From Neoechinorhynchus agilis (lineage: Eukaryota > Animalia > Acanthocephala), in contig CM121342.1 in assembly GCA_051530055.1 (NCBI GenBank), positions 14,833,480-14,897,479 on the forward strand: 64,000 nucleotides of DNA, in the 5' to 3' direction. The translations under genes were made by a program, and so were the position numbers. This document shows positions 1 through 12,694 of the stretch, piece by piece (the first letter of the stretch is position 1; every line of letters starts with the position of its first letter). The notes under the pieces were generated by a model, which was given only the letters and a program-made list of their open reading frames with translations, did no database searches and was not told where the DNA came from.

Positions 1-2120
1 CCAACATGATAAATATTGAGCCGAAACGAGTCGTTTTTAGTTAATATTAAATATAGAAGACTTTAATGACTTAAGAATGGAAGTTTGATGAACTGATTCT
101 GTACGAAGCTAAGATTTTAAAACACACGTCCTATTATTGCTTGAGTATAAGTTTAAAAACCGTAAGTCGCGACAATCCGGTAATAAAAATCAACGATCAA
201 CTATAAAGAATATGATTTACCGATGTTATCGAAGATTTCAAATCGATGAACTCATTTTTCAAATAAAATTATTACCAGTCTCATAACAAAGTCGGGGAAT
301 GTCCTAGTCGCCACCTGAGACACTTATACCTAAGCCCGTAACGTATCATCGAAGCTAGGCAGACGCTATGCTACTGTTCATCTACAAAAAGTCACGAATG
401 TCACCTAGAGATCTTTAAAAGAGTATATTCAAGCTTTGCAAAAGGCAGAAGATCACAGCTATCTTTAGTTAATTGTAACGAAGTTGTTCACATATATGTA
501 TTTTTTGGTGGTTGAGAAGAATAGAGAATGATTTTATTAATTCTAAATATTTCATCCGTCTCGTCGGACTTCTTCAGGTCTAAAAGGTAGGTCAGGATAA
601 AGCCACCAGTCAACTTAAACAGATTACAGACTGAAATTTAGGCTAAAACCAGCGGTAAAATAGGGTGGATTAAAAACTAAAATCTAGGTAAAAGCCCAGG
701 GTAAAATAGGGCGGATTACATAGTTAACTCAGACTAAAGCCACCAGTCACTTTAAAGGGATTACAGACTAAAACCAAGGATAAAAACACAAGTCAAATAA
801 GGCGGATAGCAGACTAAAACTTAGGCTAATGAAACCAATTAAATAAGGTGGATTACAGACTAAAACTCAGGTTGAAGCCCCCGGTAAAATAGAGATGATT
901 ACAGACTAAAACTCAGGCTAAAGCCACCGGTAAAATAGGGCGGATTAAAGATTAAAACTCAGGATGACGCAACCGATAAGATGAGGCAGATTACAGAATA
1001 TAACTCCGGCTAAAGCAACCAGTCAAATGAGGCGGATTACAGACTAAAACTCTGGATAAAAACATCAGTTAAACGGGTCGGACTACCGACTAAAACTAAA
1101 GCTAAAACCACCAGTCAAATAAGACGGATTAAAGACTTTAACTCAGGGTAAAGTCACTAGTAAAATAGGCAGATTATGGACTAAAACTCTGTATGAGGCA
1201 AGCGGTTCAATAGTGCGGATTACAGACGAAAAATCAGTATAAAGCAACCTGTCAAATGAGGCGGACTACAGACTAAAATTCAGGCTAAAGCCACCAGTCC
1301 AATGAGGCGGATTATGGACTAAAACTTAGGCTAAAATCACCGGTCAAATAAGGCGAATTACAGAAACTCTGGCTAAGACGAGGCGGACGAAATATTGATA
1401 ATAATAAATCAATCTCTATTTTTCTCATCACCAAGCAAAATGCATACTTTAGTTATTTATCAACTAATTGATGCCTTCTTAGAACCACGCTAAATTGATT
1501 TTTTTGAATAATATACGAGGTTTTACTTCTATGCGAGTATCTTAGACGTTTTTATCAAGGTGAGATATCAAACAAGTTTTTAACTCTCACACGTTACCTC
1601 GTTGATTTTGGTGGTCGTTTTAATACTACTGAGATAAGTGATTTCCATTTTATGTCTGAATACAAATCAACGCCTCATCGATTAAATTTTCACCATCAAC
1701 GCTTCTCTTTTTTCTTTGGTAAATTTCTTTACGATTTTTGATAACTGCTATAAGTTATAAATAAAAACAACTGTAATAGTTTTTTTGCAAATATTATTTC
1801 TTTTTTTATATCATTATTATTAGAACAAAGAAGCGTTACAATGAGTTGGGAGCATATCTGTCAAATAGACTTTATCAGTCTTAACTTTAATGATTTATAA
1901 AATCTATAAAATGGACGTCCTTGAAGTTTATTGTCTGAGCAATGTCCATAACTTGCCCTCCACAACGTAAGCCTATTCGACGCGTGAATTTAAACTGTCC
2001 ACTCCTTTATTTTCGAAATTCCTTTTTTGTCCTCAATATTTAACAACTGTAGTATATCAATAAAGTCTTGTTTACTGATAGATTTAAAGCAAAATGACAA
2101 TCCTGTATTCTCTAGTTTCC
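1..2120. repeat. Copy A of a near-identical ~2.1 kb direct duplication (copy B at 16946-19065)
   Basis: Position 1 (ccaacatgataaatattgag) recurs at 16946, offset 16945. The match continues to ...tcctgtattctctagtttc with only a handful of substitutions or indels seen by eye. It may extend left of the window. Confidence 0.97.
590..1375. repeat. Diverged 46-bp minisatellite (~17 units) inside ~70-bp imperfect inverted repeats (495-565 and 1377-1447)
   Basis: The GATTACAGACTAAAACTCAGG motif recurs at 897, 943, 989, 1035, 1081, 1127, 1172, 1218, 1264 and 1310. The reverse complement of 495-565 aligns to 1377-1447. Confidence 0.92.
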
Positions 2121-2725
2121 TCCATATCAATGCTTCACAAATTATAAATCTTTGATTAGTGGCATCGTCGGTTAGAACTTCTTAACATACCATTTTCTAA
2201 ATCGCACCGGAAACCACCTCGCTAGCTAGTTGTACTATTGAGATTCGCGCGCGATATGTCTGAATCGACTGGTCCAAAAATGCAAACTGCAGAGTCGCTC
2301 ATGAAATTTGCTCAAAAATAAGTTGCTTTTTCTAAGCGTGACGAATTTCATCTACTTGCTGGGATCGAGATTGAACCTTTCAACCTTTCTGCTCGCCGAA
2401 ACGTCACTTTTTACCTAATTCCCTTCAGCCCGCGATTGAAATAGTTAGACAATGACCTCTCTCTCATTCATCCACCGGATCCGTTCTCCACTCCGGCCCG
2501 ACCGCCGTTCACTCCGGATGCGCCATCCACTTCAAATTCCGACTCCGTCATCAACTCCAATTCCGGGTGTCAAATTTACGGAACGATGGGCCCGCTCATA
2601 TGATTGAGAATTTAAAAAAGTGATCGAACAAATAGTTTCTTAGTCCCATTTTTTATAAGGAGTGACCAGCTTGCATGTGGGCCTTTCATCGGTGACGGAA
2701 TCCCTGTTTTAGGGTGACAGTGATC

Positions 2726-3005
2726 AAATCCACGATCGCCGATGATTCACAACCAAAAGGACGAAATACCTCGTTGAAGGGGAGAGGAAACTCACTGACC
2801 AGTTCCGTCTTCCCGGGAGATATCTGAGGATCCGGAGAAATTAGTACGAAACTCATAACCGAATGGAAAGGGTTTCAATCCACGATCGCCGATGACTCAC
2901 AATCAAAGGGGCCGAAATACCTCGTTGAAGGGGAGAGGAAACTCACTGATGAATCCCTCCTCCCGATGGGTATCTCATGATCCGGAGAAATGAGCACAAA
3001 ACTCA
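2726..3005 (+). repeat. Two tandem ~151-bp units matching the body of the SINE-like family; a second tandem pair lies at ~21277-21590
   Basis: aatccacgatcgccgatga recurs at 2726 and 2877. caaccaaaaggacgaaatacc...gaggaaactcac matches the reverse complement of 62690-62735. Confidence 0.75.
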
Positions 3006-3619
3006 TCTGTATGTCGAATGATCGAGGACTTCGCGTTTTGCACAAAACAGGCTCATCCAAGGTACAGATGTTTTCTTGAGATTTAGCCATACATCCTCCG
3101 TCGTTCGGAAAACTCCATTGATAGGGAGTGCCAAGATCGCTCAATTTATTATCGAACAAAACTTAACGATGTAGGAACATAAAATCAGCGATTAGAAACC
3201 GACGGCGATTTACAATGTACAAAAAACGGAATAATCCTAGTCAGTGTAATTGTCATGTTTTATTCGATGTAGCGCGCACACCCCACACACGTTCACAACC
3301 TATGTTCACATGCACTACGTATATGATTCTTTCGGGGATAACTCTTGACAGTAATTATGTGGCGCGCACGTTTAAATTTGTATCATCATTTTTTTAATGG
3401 AAAGATAATTTGTGAAAATTAGCCATGTAGTCTGCTTGCCCGAAGTCTTTTTAAATTAGCAGCGGGATTAGATTAATTTACAACACGATCTAACGTCGTA
3501 AACACTTGCAAACAAACTGAGAACAATTAAAAGCATAGTCATAAGACTGGAAAGCGTAATATTTTAAACATAAATATCCTATCTCGATATTTTTTATCAG
3601 CAAAAATCTACAAGCAATC

Positions 3620-6325
3620 GGCATGTCAACGATTCCACCGCCGTCCCCTCGCTCCACTCGGGAGTGAACTATCTCAGCAAACCACCATTCGTCGCACCGC
3701 CTGACGCTTCGGACGCAGGCCCGCTCAACGCGCCACCTGTTAATCACGCGGATCACGAGAGGACCGACGCTGCAAATTCACAAAATCAACTTTGGTCCGA
3801 ACGGGAGGTGAGGCCAATGCTGCCCGATATCCGAGGGTCTCAACACATAATTGCCCGGTTTGTGACAAGCAGATCAAAATTACGAAATCGAGAGAATTTT
3901 GAACTCACTGCCCAAAGGATTCCCGATGTGTTGGTTCCGGCCTTCTGCTGGCAAGCTCTGCTCCTCAGCTCAGTGAACCTTGCCAGAACATCCAAAACAT
4001 CGTCCATTGCACCCTTCGTTGTTGGAGATCGTGCGCGTTTTGCCCAGAAACATCCTGAAGCGGATCCCAAAGGGCGCTCGATTTCAGGTAGCGAAGAGGT
4101 ATTCAGCCCTGCTGAGCGACTGCCTCGAGACAAATACCGAGATATCTTGGGCACGCCTTTTCGCATTCCCGAGACTGGTACTTTGTGCTGGAGTACCATC
4201 TGACGAGTCTCTTGTTACCCTCATCAAAAACCGGGTGTCCTCCTTCGACAACTCGTTTGGAAAGGTCCTACGCAAAGCTCGCGTTTTTAGGGGAGATATC
4301 TCAAAGTCACTGAATTCGGGCCGAGTTTCAACCCGTTCAATGACCCAGAGAGTGTCTTCTAAACTCGCCGATGGTGATTTGAGAATCGCGGTTCGCATTC
4401 TATCATCCACCAACGAATTCGCAAGATCGGACGATGTTCCGGATACCGACACAAACCGAATACTTTATTAAAACGGGCAAGTACCGGGTCAAGGTTGTGC
4501 ATGTTGACCCACGAGAACCAAATGATCTGTACTTTATCGCTCATTCCGAAATGGACCTTCTTTTATTGAAAATAATCCAATCGAGATTATCTCGCGGTTT
4601 AGACCTGATGAAATCTAAACAAACACCAGTCAATTTAGCTGAGTGCAACTTATTGGCTGCAAAATTCTATAGCGATTGTGTGTATTCGAGATGTAAGATT
4701 ATTAATAGAGACGATGTTCGTACTCAGATTGATCTGATCGTCCTTGGATTCGAGAAATAAATTCGATGCAATGAAGACGCGATTTTCTAGAATTCGATAA
4801 TGCCGATCAAACCAGGATCATTTTTTACAAGATAACACAATTGTCAAGGCGGTGCGGTGTCCATTGTAAGAGCAGCGAGCAAAAAACTCAATGCGAGAAA
4901 GTTCTAAACGAACATCTCGATTCAATGATCATAAAAGTGATCAATGCTGAAAGGGTTGATGGTCGCTTGCACATGGGCTCGACGGGCTTCGGCCTCGGCA
5001 CCTACAGGACATGATGTCCTTCTCCGTAGGTGATCCATCCAATGTTCTCCTGAACGCCTTGACTCGGTTAGTCGGCGTTTTCTCTGGAGACAACCTGTCC
5101 CACAAGGCGATCGAATTGTTTTTTGGCGCTTCCCTCTGCGCTTTAGAAAAGGACGGTGGGATTCGTCCCATCGCGATCGGCTCTACACTGAGACGACTAG
5201 CAGAGAAAGTGATATCTAGGCGAGTATCAGAAGGTATTGCTGAAATTCTTCGTCCAGTTCAACTAGTTTGCTGCACACTTTGTGGGGCGGAAGCCATAGT
5301 CCATACACTCCGCACATTTGTTATTGAGAACGTCAAACCGTGTGTGATCCTGAAATTAGATTTCCGGAACGCTTTCATTTCCGCTAATCGCGACTTGCTC
5401 TTAAAAGCTGTCAGCGATCACGCGCCGGAGGCTTACGGGTATTTTAGAAATTCGTACGGAGCTGTGACCCCTCTTGTATTCAACGATCACACCATTCCTT
5501 CCGAAAGAGGCGTTCAACAGGTAGACCCGTTAGGTCCCATTGGTTTCGCGCTCACAGTGAACGAATTAGTGAATTCTCTTGATGTGGAATTCAATGTATG
5601 GTACCTGGACGATGCTACGCTGGGAGGTGATCCTCAGGTAGTTCTTCGTGATTTGGAGAAAATCAAGATAGAGGCAAGTAAGCTAGACATTGAATTGAGC
5701 ACAAAAAAATGCGAAATTCTATTCTGTAATATAGAGGGACCCTGCAAAAGACGTAATAAAGCGCGACTTTGAAATTGTTGCACCCGGGATTGAAATGATC
5801 GACCTTGACCGGCTTAAGCTTTAGGGCAGTTGCGTCTTTGATGGGAACGTCGAACAAAAAATTAACAGCCTTCTAGAGAAATTATCGGTGCTTTGCGATA
5901 GGGTCTGTGAGCTTGGATCACACGAGGCTCTGTTTTTGATAAAGGATACCCTCTTCATCCCCAAGTTCCTTTATGCTCTACGCACTGCGACGTTTTTCAA
6001 GCACAAGGTTCAACTTGGCAAGCTAGATGACAGATTGAAGGACTGTCTTAAGCAGGTTTTAAATGTCCAGCTGTCAGAAGAGGCATGGCGACAAGCATCC
6101 TAGCCTGTATCTTCTGGCGGGTTGGGCATCCGGAAAACAGCGGACATATCCCTGCCTGCATTTTTAGGCTCCCACGAGGGAAGCAGAAGCGCAGTTCAGC
6201 GCATTTTGAAATCTAATTATCATCTTGATAGGCATTTTGACGAGGGAATCAGTAAGTGGTGTACACTGACCAACTCCCATCAAGTACCTGTGAATGGCAA
6301 AAAGCAATCTGCGTGGGATCGACCT
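3620..6325 (+). mobile_element. Degenerate CRE-clade-like non-LTR retrotransposon; 3' truncated and internally interrupted
   Basis: Motifs across frameshifts: CPVC...H...RCxGSG zinc finger, ILKRIPKGAR, KLADGDLRIAVRILSS, GLDGLRPRHLQD, RPIAIGSTLRRL, LKLDFRNAF, GVQQxDPLGP, WYLDD, GGLGIR. No endonuclease portion follows. Confidence 0.88.
4441..4970 (+). pseudogene. Extended-Tudor-domain-like gene fragment embedded in the CRE element
   Basis: VKVVHVD..NDLYF, LLAAKFYSDCVYSRCKII, TQIDLIVLGFE and a downstream-frame KAVRCPL resemble extended Tudor motifs (CxAxFxxDxxWYRAxI, QAVRCxL). Contains stops and frameshifts. Confidence 0.5.
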
Positions 6326-6599
6326 CGGCAAGTGTGTGGATCGTGCATTATTTACATAAATAAAACGTGTTTATATACAGAGGAAATCAAGATCGCAAAA
6401 AGGAACTGTGATATAAATGGTATATGACGCAATGAGCGCACTAGGGAATTATATAATACGGATCGATAAACTGCGTTACAGTACGGTTATAGTTGTGTCA
6501 GTTTTGTGTGGAATAAAACCTTAGTTGTTCAAGAGATTCCATTCAAATACAACAGGAACACAAACATCCAGCGCACTTGGACCAGACAAGATAAATTGT

Positions 6600-7300
6600 C
6601 GGCATATAATGGCCTTTGACCGCGTATATCAACGCGAAGGAAAGTTGATCTGACCTCGACATTTTATCAGAATACAATAGAAACTGTCCAAAAATACATC
6701 AAGGGCCTTGGTTCTACCGAAGAAATAGTAGATACAACGCGCGCTAAGGCATTGCACGTCTCAAGTAACATTAATAGGTGGACCAAAGCGACGAAGCAAT
6801 TTCAAGGAGTTGATTCGTTCACAAATAGAAACTATGAGCGAACATATTTATCACTCCAATATAGACAAGACAGCCACAAACATTATACGGAATTGGCAAA
6901 GATGCGATTCCAATTGCTCGAATCAACCACAACAGGACGAGAAGATGTCAGCATTATTCGGCCCAAGCTGAAACACAACCGCATGTGCTCAGCAGCTGCC
7001 CCTACAGTACGGGCATGATGATAGAGCACCATGATGCAGTCCAAAAGCGATTCATATGGACTCCAAACAAGAGATGGGTACTCGGGTTGAAGTTCTAATT
7101 GAGAATCGTACCCACGATCCAGGAGGGCAGCTGTACAAACCAGATGCGATCGTAATCGACAAAATCGCGCAAAGATGCAAACTTACTTCAGTTGATCGTA
7201 GGTGGCATGAAAGCGCAATGCTACTTCTTGCCTATGAATCATACGCAACAGTTGATACATAGATTCGAACAAAACCAACAATGGAAGAATGCTTAATCCG
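6600..7300 (+). mobile_element. 3' fragment of an R2/NeSL/Utopia-type restriction-like-endonuclease retrotransposon
   Basis: In one frame RCQHYSAQAETQPHVLSSCPYSTGMMIEHHDAVQKR resembles the CCHC knuckle plus RH-like motif, followed by LYKPDAIVID (PD motif). It differs from the CRE C-terminus at 60.8-61.4 kb. Confidence 0.6.
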
Positions 7301-8289
7301 GTCGACTGTGCTTGCGGTGATAGAGGCGCATGAGCGCGTGGTAGATCAGCTAAGCAAATATAACCTCCATCCAAGGTACAGAAGTTTTCTTGAGATTTAG
7401 CGATACATCCTCGTACAAAAATCCGAAGAATTCTTACCCTTTCAATTATTTGACGCGCGTTTAAATTTTTATCATAATTTTTTAATAGAAAAATAATTAG
7501 GACATTAACGTTTTAAGTAACAATTAATACCGTAAGCTTCTCTGCCTTCTACGAGAGTTTTACATGGCGTTATAAGCAAGCACTTCTTGGCGTCATTAGC
7601 CGCTACTGTTATCTCCCGGAGAGGGATTCGCCTACGTACGCCCAGATTAATAAATCCGCGCAATATTGTTACTTTGCTTACGTCATAAGACTCACACTTT
7701 GCCTACGTCAAGCGACTCGTTTTATAGAACACCCTGATGAGCACTTTTTGACGTTCAATCACGGCGCGTCGAGAAGTGCTAAACAAACAATATTGAATAT
7801 TGCTAGCTATCATACTAAAGTCGCAAATTGCATTTGTTCAATTCGTCAAAAGTCATCAACGTGAAAGATTATTAAATTTGCAAACGTCAACAAAATTGGA
7901 TAACATCAATGAAATCACCGCATCAGAAATACAAAAACGTTTTTCAGGTCTTACTCGCTTAATGGCTTTTATTATTTATTTCTGGTGTCTTTTATAAACT
8001 TCAGTAGGTAAACTAAAGACGTAGATGAGCATAGCAGCAAAAAACAGTATATGCAGGTGAAAAGAGCGTTTAAAGTTTATAAAGAAAAGTTATTTAATTA
8101 TAAATAAATTGATATTTTGAAATAAATAATAGCGGTTGTTTGTCCAAAAATTGAAAGACGAATAACTAAAGAACTATTGAAGGTATCGTAAATCTGAAAA
8201 CAGATTTCGAATCAACGCGTCGAGAAATACTATACGAACTATACTGTATATTGCTAGCTTTCGTATTAACGTCGCAAATCGCGCTCGAA

Positions 8290-8610
8290 TTATTATGTAC
8301 AAGAGCATGTGAGCTGTCGGCGCACGAAGCCTTCTTCCTTTTAAAGAATTGCATATACATCCCCAAATCGATGTATAAGTTGAGAACTGCTCCCTGTTCA
8401 GGGGAGAAAAGAGTTTTATCGGATCTTGACGGGGTTTTACGCTCTTTTTTAAAGAAAATTTTAAATATAAACATTACGGATACGGGCTGGCGGCAGGCTA
8501 CGTTCCCAATCTCTTTTGGCGGCCTCGGCATCCGCGCCATGTCTGATTTAGCCCTTCCAGCGTTCCTCGCCTCTTACCGAGCCAGCAAAACGTACGCGGA
8601 AGCCCTTTCC
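8290..8610 (+). mobile_element. CRE-like retrotransposon fragment (post-RT region)
   Basis: LSAHEAFFLLKN...WRQATFPISFGGLGIRAMSDLALPAFLAS is homologous to 5888-6180 and 60280-60490. Confidence 0.85.
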
Positions 8611-8629
8611 AACATGGGACAAAACTTCA

Positions 8630-10500
8630 ATAATAATAATAAAACACATTTATTGGATACAAAGAAAGGTTTAGGAGGACCCATGTACCTTTGGGTCATC
8701 ATCCGTTAATATAGGAATATGCAGTCGAGGGATGTCCGTTCGGGAGGTAATATCTGGTCGGAGGGATGTCTATTCGGGTAGGAACTATTAAGTCGGGGAC
8801 GGTTTGTTCGGGTTAGGATGTATCCGTTCGATTGAGAATATACGGTTGGGTTGGAAGCTCCGTTCTGGTGGGAATTAGAGTTTATTGCTTGAAGCAGCGC
8901 TTGTAAGGTTGGTCTTTCATCACAATCATTTCAGGTTATGATATCCGAGAAGATTGGGCGGCATGGAAAAAGGAGCGTAGAAATAGTGAGGTGCGCGATA
9001 TAGGAGGATGAAACGAATTTGGATTACGAGCGTTGTGCTCGTGTGAAAAGGGAGCGATATGTGGAAGAAATTGTGGTGGTAAGGTTGAGAGGCGTTTTGA
9101 TTGTCTAATGAAATAGCATCAAGGCATTCGGTGAGGGGGGAAAGTAAGTTGTGCAAATTTTAGATGCTCTTTTGTGCGGAATTTCAAGACGGCGGATTAG
9201 CGATTTGACGGGGTAACCGTAGTTGAGGGATGGTAAGATAAAGCAGAAGTAGAATTTGTAGGGGTCGGGCGAAAGGATTCCTAAATGTCGGAGGCGTTTG
9301 AAGAGATAAATTTTAAAAGTGTTGTGCTTGTGGGGGAGAGTGATGTACGATTCTCATTTCAAGTTTGATTGAAATTGGATACCCAGAATTCTTATGAGAT
9401 TAATCGTAGGATGTCATTTAGAAGCGCAAGGGATGATGTGGGGTTGCGGGAGAGAGGGGGGATCATTTCGAAGCATTTAGAGAAATTGAGATGGAGTTTG
9501 TGATTGGTGCATAAAGCGTTTATGTGTGTGATTTCTTTAGAGGTTAAAGAAAGGGAGAGATAGGTGGTGAATGGGTGATGAGGGTGATATCGTCGGTGTA
9601 TAAGAAAATTTTAAAGTGAGAGGAGAGAGGTTTGAGGTGTTTTAGAAAAATATAAAAGAAAAGTGGTGACAGAACAGCACCTTGAGGTACGCCTTTAGTG
9701 AGGGATAGGTTGATAGAAGAGGTAGAACGACAGTGAATGTATTGTTTGCGATTGTGAATATAAGATTCGAGTCAGCGGATCTGCCACAAGTCGAGAGCAA
9801 AATCGGAGCAGGCCCGGAGAAAAAGTGAATGGTCCACTGAGTCGAATGCTTTAGATGAATCAAGTTGAATGAGACGGGTGGCATGGGAGGGATTATTGCC
9901 GAGGTTACGTAGGAGCGTGTCATAAACACAAAGTAGGGCATCGGCTGCAGAAAATATGGGTGGCGATAACTTTTCGTGGAGAAGTGAAGGAAGGCGAGAT
10001 TTAAAACATTTTTCGATGATTTTTTAAAGAGCGGGTAGAATGGAAATTGGACGGAATGATTCGGCCGAAATAGGATGCCCTTTTTTTGAACGAGTATAAC
10101 CTTGGCAGTTTTCAAGCAAGAGGGGTAGATGCCATATAAAAAGCTGAGGTTTATAATGTGGGTAAGAGGGTCGACAAGTTCGGGGATGATGCAGCGAAGA
10201 GCCCAGTTTGGGATTTCGGATTGAAAGGAAGAATTTTTAGGTAGCTTCATGAGAAACGGTAGTACTTCATATTATGCAACTAAGGAGAGTATCGGCGAGT
10301 TGACAAAAGTTTCTGGTGTGGACGTGAAAGATTGTGTGGTGACTGATGTGGAGCAGTGTTTGTAAATTGAGTCAGGGAAGAGGTTCTGATTAATGGAATC
10401 TAGAACCTGTTTTAATTCAGTGGAGGACAAATTAGGGAAGGGATCCGAGTGGCGTAGACCAAGAGAGTCCTCGAACGCGCGCCACCATATTGAGTTGCCA
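8630..10500 (-). mobile_element. Degenerate CR1/L2-type LINE (RT region plus 3' tail)
   Basis: Minus strand: LTHIINLSFLYGIYPSCLKTAKV, SKAFDSVDH, VPQGAVLSPLFF, LYTDD (~9590), ending in AATAAA plus an (ATT)n tail at ~8632-8655. Confidence 0.85.
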
Positions 10501-10596
10501 CCTGAACGAAATTTAGAGGAAAGGAAGTTTTTCAGGGCGATAGGTATTTTTTTAGTAAGTGCTTTTTGTAAACGGAACCACTTCTTAGCACCATGG

Positions 10597-11516
10597 ATTT
10601 AATTCAGGTGTATTTTATGAACTTCGATCTTAAAACTAAATGTAAAGATTTCAAAAGCCACAAGTAACCGTTATTGTAGTGAAATATGCGTAAAAAGTAG
10701 ATCTAGAAAAGTTAATTTGATCTGAAGTTTATTGATGTTTTAATATCGATAATCAAGGTTATTGGTATAAAAATTGAAAGACGATTAACTCAAGAACCAT
10801 TACAGCTATCGCAAATCTTGATACAGATTTGGAATCAGCGCGTCAAGATGTACTGAGCTAACGGGCTCTCTAAACTACAGCTGCAATATTCGAATCGGAA
10901 ATTGCATTATAATATTTGGCAAATAGTCACAAGAGTGAAAGATCACTAAATTTGCAAGATTCATTATAATGAGATAACACCATTGAAATCAGCCCATTAG
11001 ATGTGCTCAAAATGTTTTATCATTTCGTAACAACTTACGAGTACCACAGATTTAATTTAGGTGTCTTTTATGAACATCAATCCTTAAACTAAGTGTAAAA
11101 ATTTAAAAAGCCACATCAAACCCTTAATGCAGGTGAATTTAGCGTCAAAAGTAGATCTAGAAAAGTTAATTTGATCTTAAATTTATTGACGTTTTAATAT
11201 CATTAAATCAAGGTAGTTTGTCTCAAAATTGAACAACGATTAACTCAAGAACCATTACAGCTATCGCAAATCTTGATACAGATTTGGAATCAGCGCGTCA
11301 AGATGTACTGAGCTAACTGACTCTCTAAACTACAGCTGCAATATTCGAATCGGAAATTGCATTATCATATTTGGTAAATAGTCACAAGAGTGAAAGATCA
11401 CTAAATTTGCAAGATTCATTAAAATTAGATAACACCATTGAAATCAGCGCATTAGATGTGCTCAAAATGCTTTATCAATTAATAACAACTTCTTGGCACT
11501 ATGTTTTAATTCAGGT
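10597..11516. repeat. Tandem ~454-bp units (two plus the start of a third)
   Basis: agatctagaaaagttaatttgatc at 10699 and 11153; cagctatcgcaaatcttgatacag at 10803 and 11258. Confidence 0.92.
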
Positions 11517-11569
11517 GTTCGCTTGGCTTTTTTCCGAGCATCAAAAAATCTTCATGATGATTTTGTTCC

Positions 11570-12090
11570 GTAATCCACTCCGAAATTAACACCAACATTC
11601 ATTTAACCTGTTCGGAACTCGAGTTTTCGCGAAAACCCAAAGGTACATTAATCCTCTTCTTTGTTCAATAATAAAACGTTTTATTATTATATTGCCAAAT
11701 CTTTTCTTGTATAATTACCAGAAACGAACCAAAGGAAAGACCCAACCTTATAAACTCTCCTTTAAACAATAATCACCAACTTTCTCACTTGATCGGACCC
11801 GTAATTCACTCCGAAATTAACTTCAACATTCATTTAACCTATTCAGAACTTGAGTTTTCCCGAGAACCAAAAGGGACATTAATCCTCTTCTTTGTTCAAT
11901 AATAAAACGTTTTATTATTATACTGCCCAATCTTTTCTTGTATAATTACCAGAAACGAACCAAAGGAAAGGCCCAACACCATAAACTCTCCTTTAAATAA
12001 TAATCATCGACTTTCTCACTTGATCGCACCCGTAATTAACTCCGAAATTAACATCAACATTCATTTAACCTGTTCGGAACTCGAGTTTCA
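11570..12090. repeat. Tandem 231-bp units (~2.3 copies)
   Basis: Unit starts at 11570, 11801 and 12032. Each full unit has the 22-bp palindrome AATAATAAAACGTTTTATTATT. Confidence 0.93.
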
Positions 12091-12694
12091 TTTAACCTTT
12101 TTAGAACTCGAGTGTTCGTGAGCTAAAATTTGCCCAGTTAGAAATTACGATTCGTAGGCGATTTAGTTGACATATTTTTTGAAATTACGTAACGATATTT
12201 GTCTATTTTATGGAGTTTATCATCGCAAAAAGACGGTTGCGTGTAGGATTGCATTATTCGCTTGTCGACACCAGATGGAGATCGCATTAAAGACGAATAT
12301 ATTTTGACTGATTGAATTGAGAATGACTGAATCAGTCAGTCGAAATGTATTGGTCTTCAATCCGATCTCCCTCGGATGTTGACAAGCGACCTAAATAACA
12401 CCAAACTTACTTTCGTTATAGTTTTTAGCTATAAATTATCAGTGGTTTAAACTAAACGTAAAGTACACAGCGTCTCGATCAATATATTTATTAAAAGATT
12501 TATTTATCCTTCGATATACTAATAATTTAAATTTAGTGCTGAAATTTCGAGTTTAAATCTAAGTGATCGTACACGAACTAATGAATTTTATGAGATTGCT
12601 GATGCTTTTAAGCCTCATGCCGAGAAACCATAATACATAATTTGCGTTTATTTTATAATTTGCAATTAAATTGTTTTATACAACATATTTAATT

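Noticed and set aside
590-1375. CRISPR-like array
   Set aside because: Units are contiguous diverged repeats without unique spacers; eukaryotic context and no cas genes.
10800-11590. Non-standard genetic code (in-frame TAA in repeat ORFs)
   Set aside because: Conserved genes end normally at TAA (SPPL2, WDR55, COA4) and TGA (tubulin, RRP9) and have no internal stops outside the inserts.
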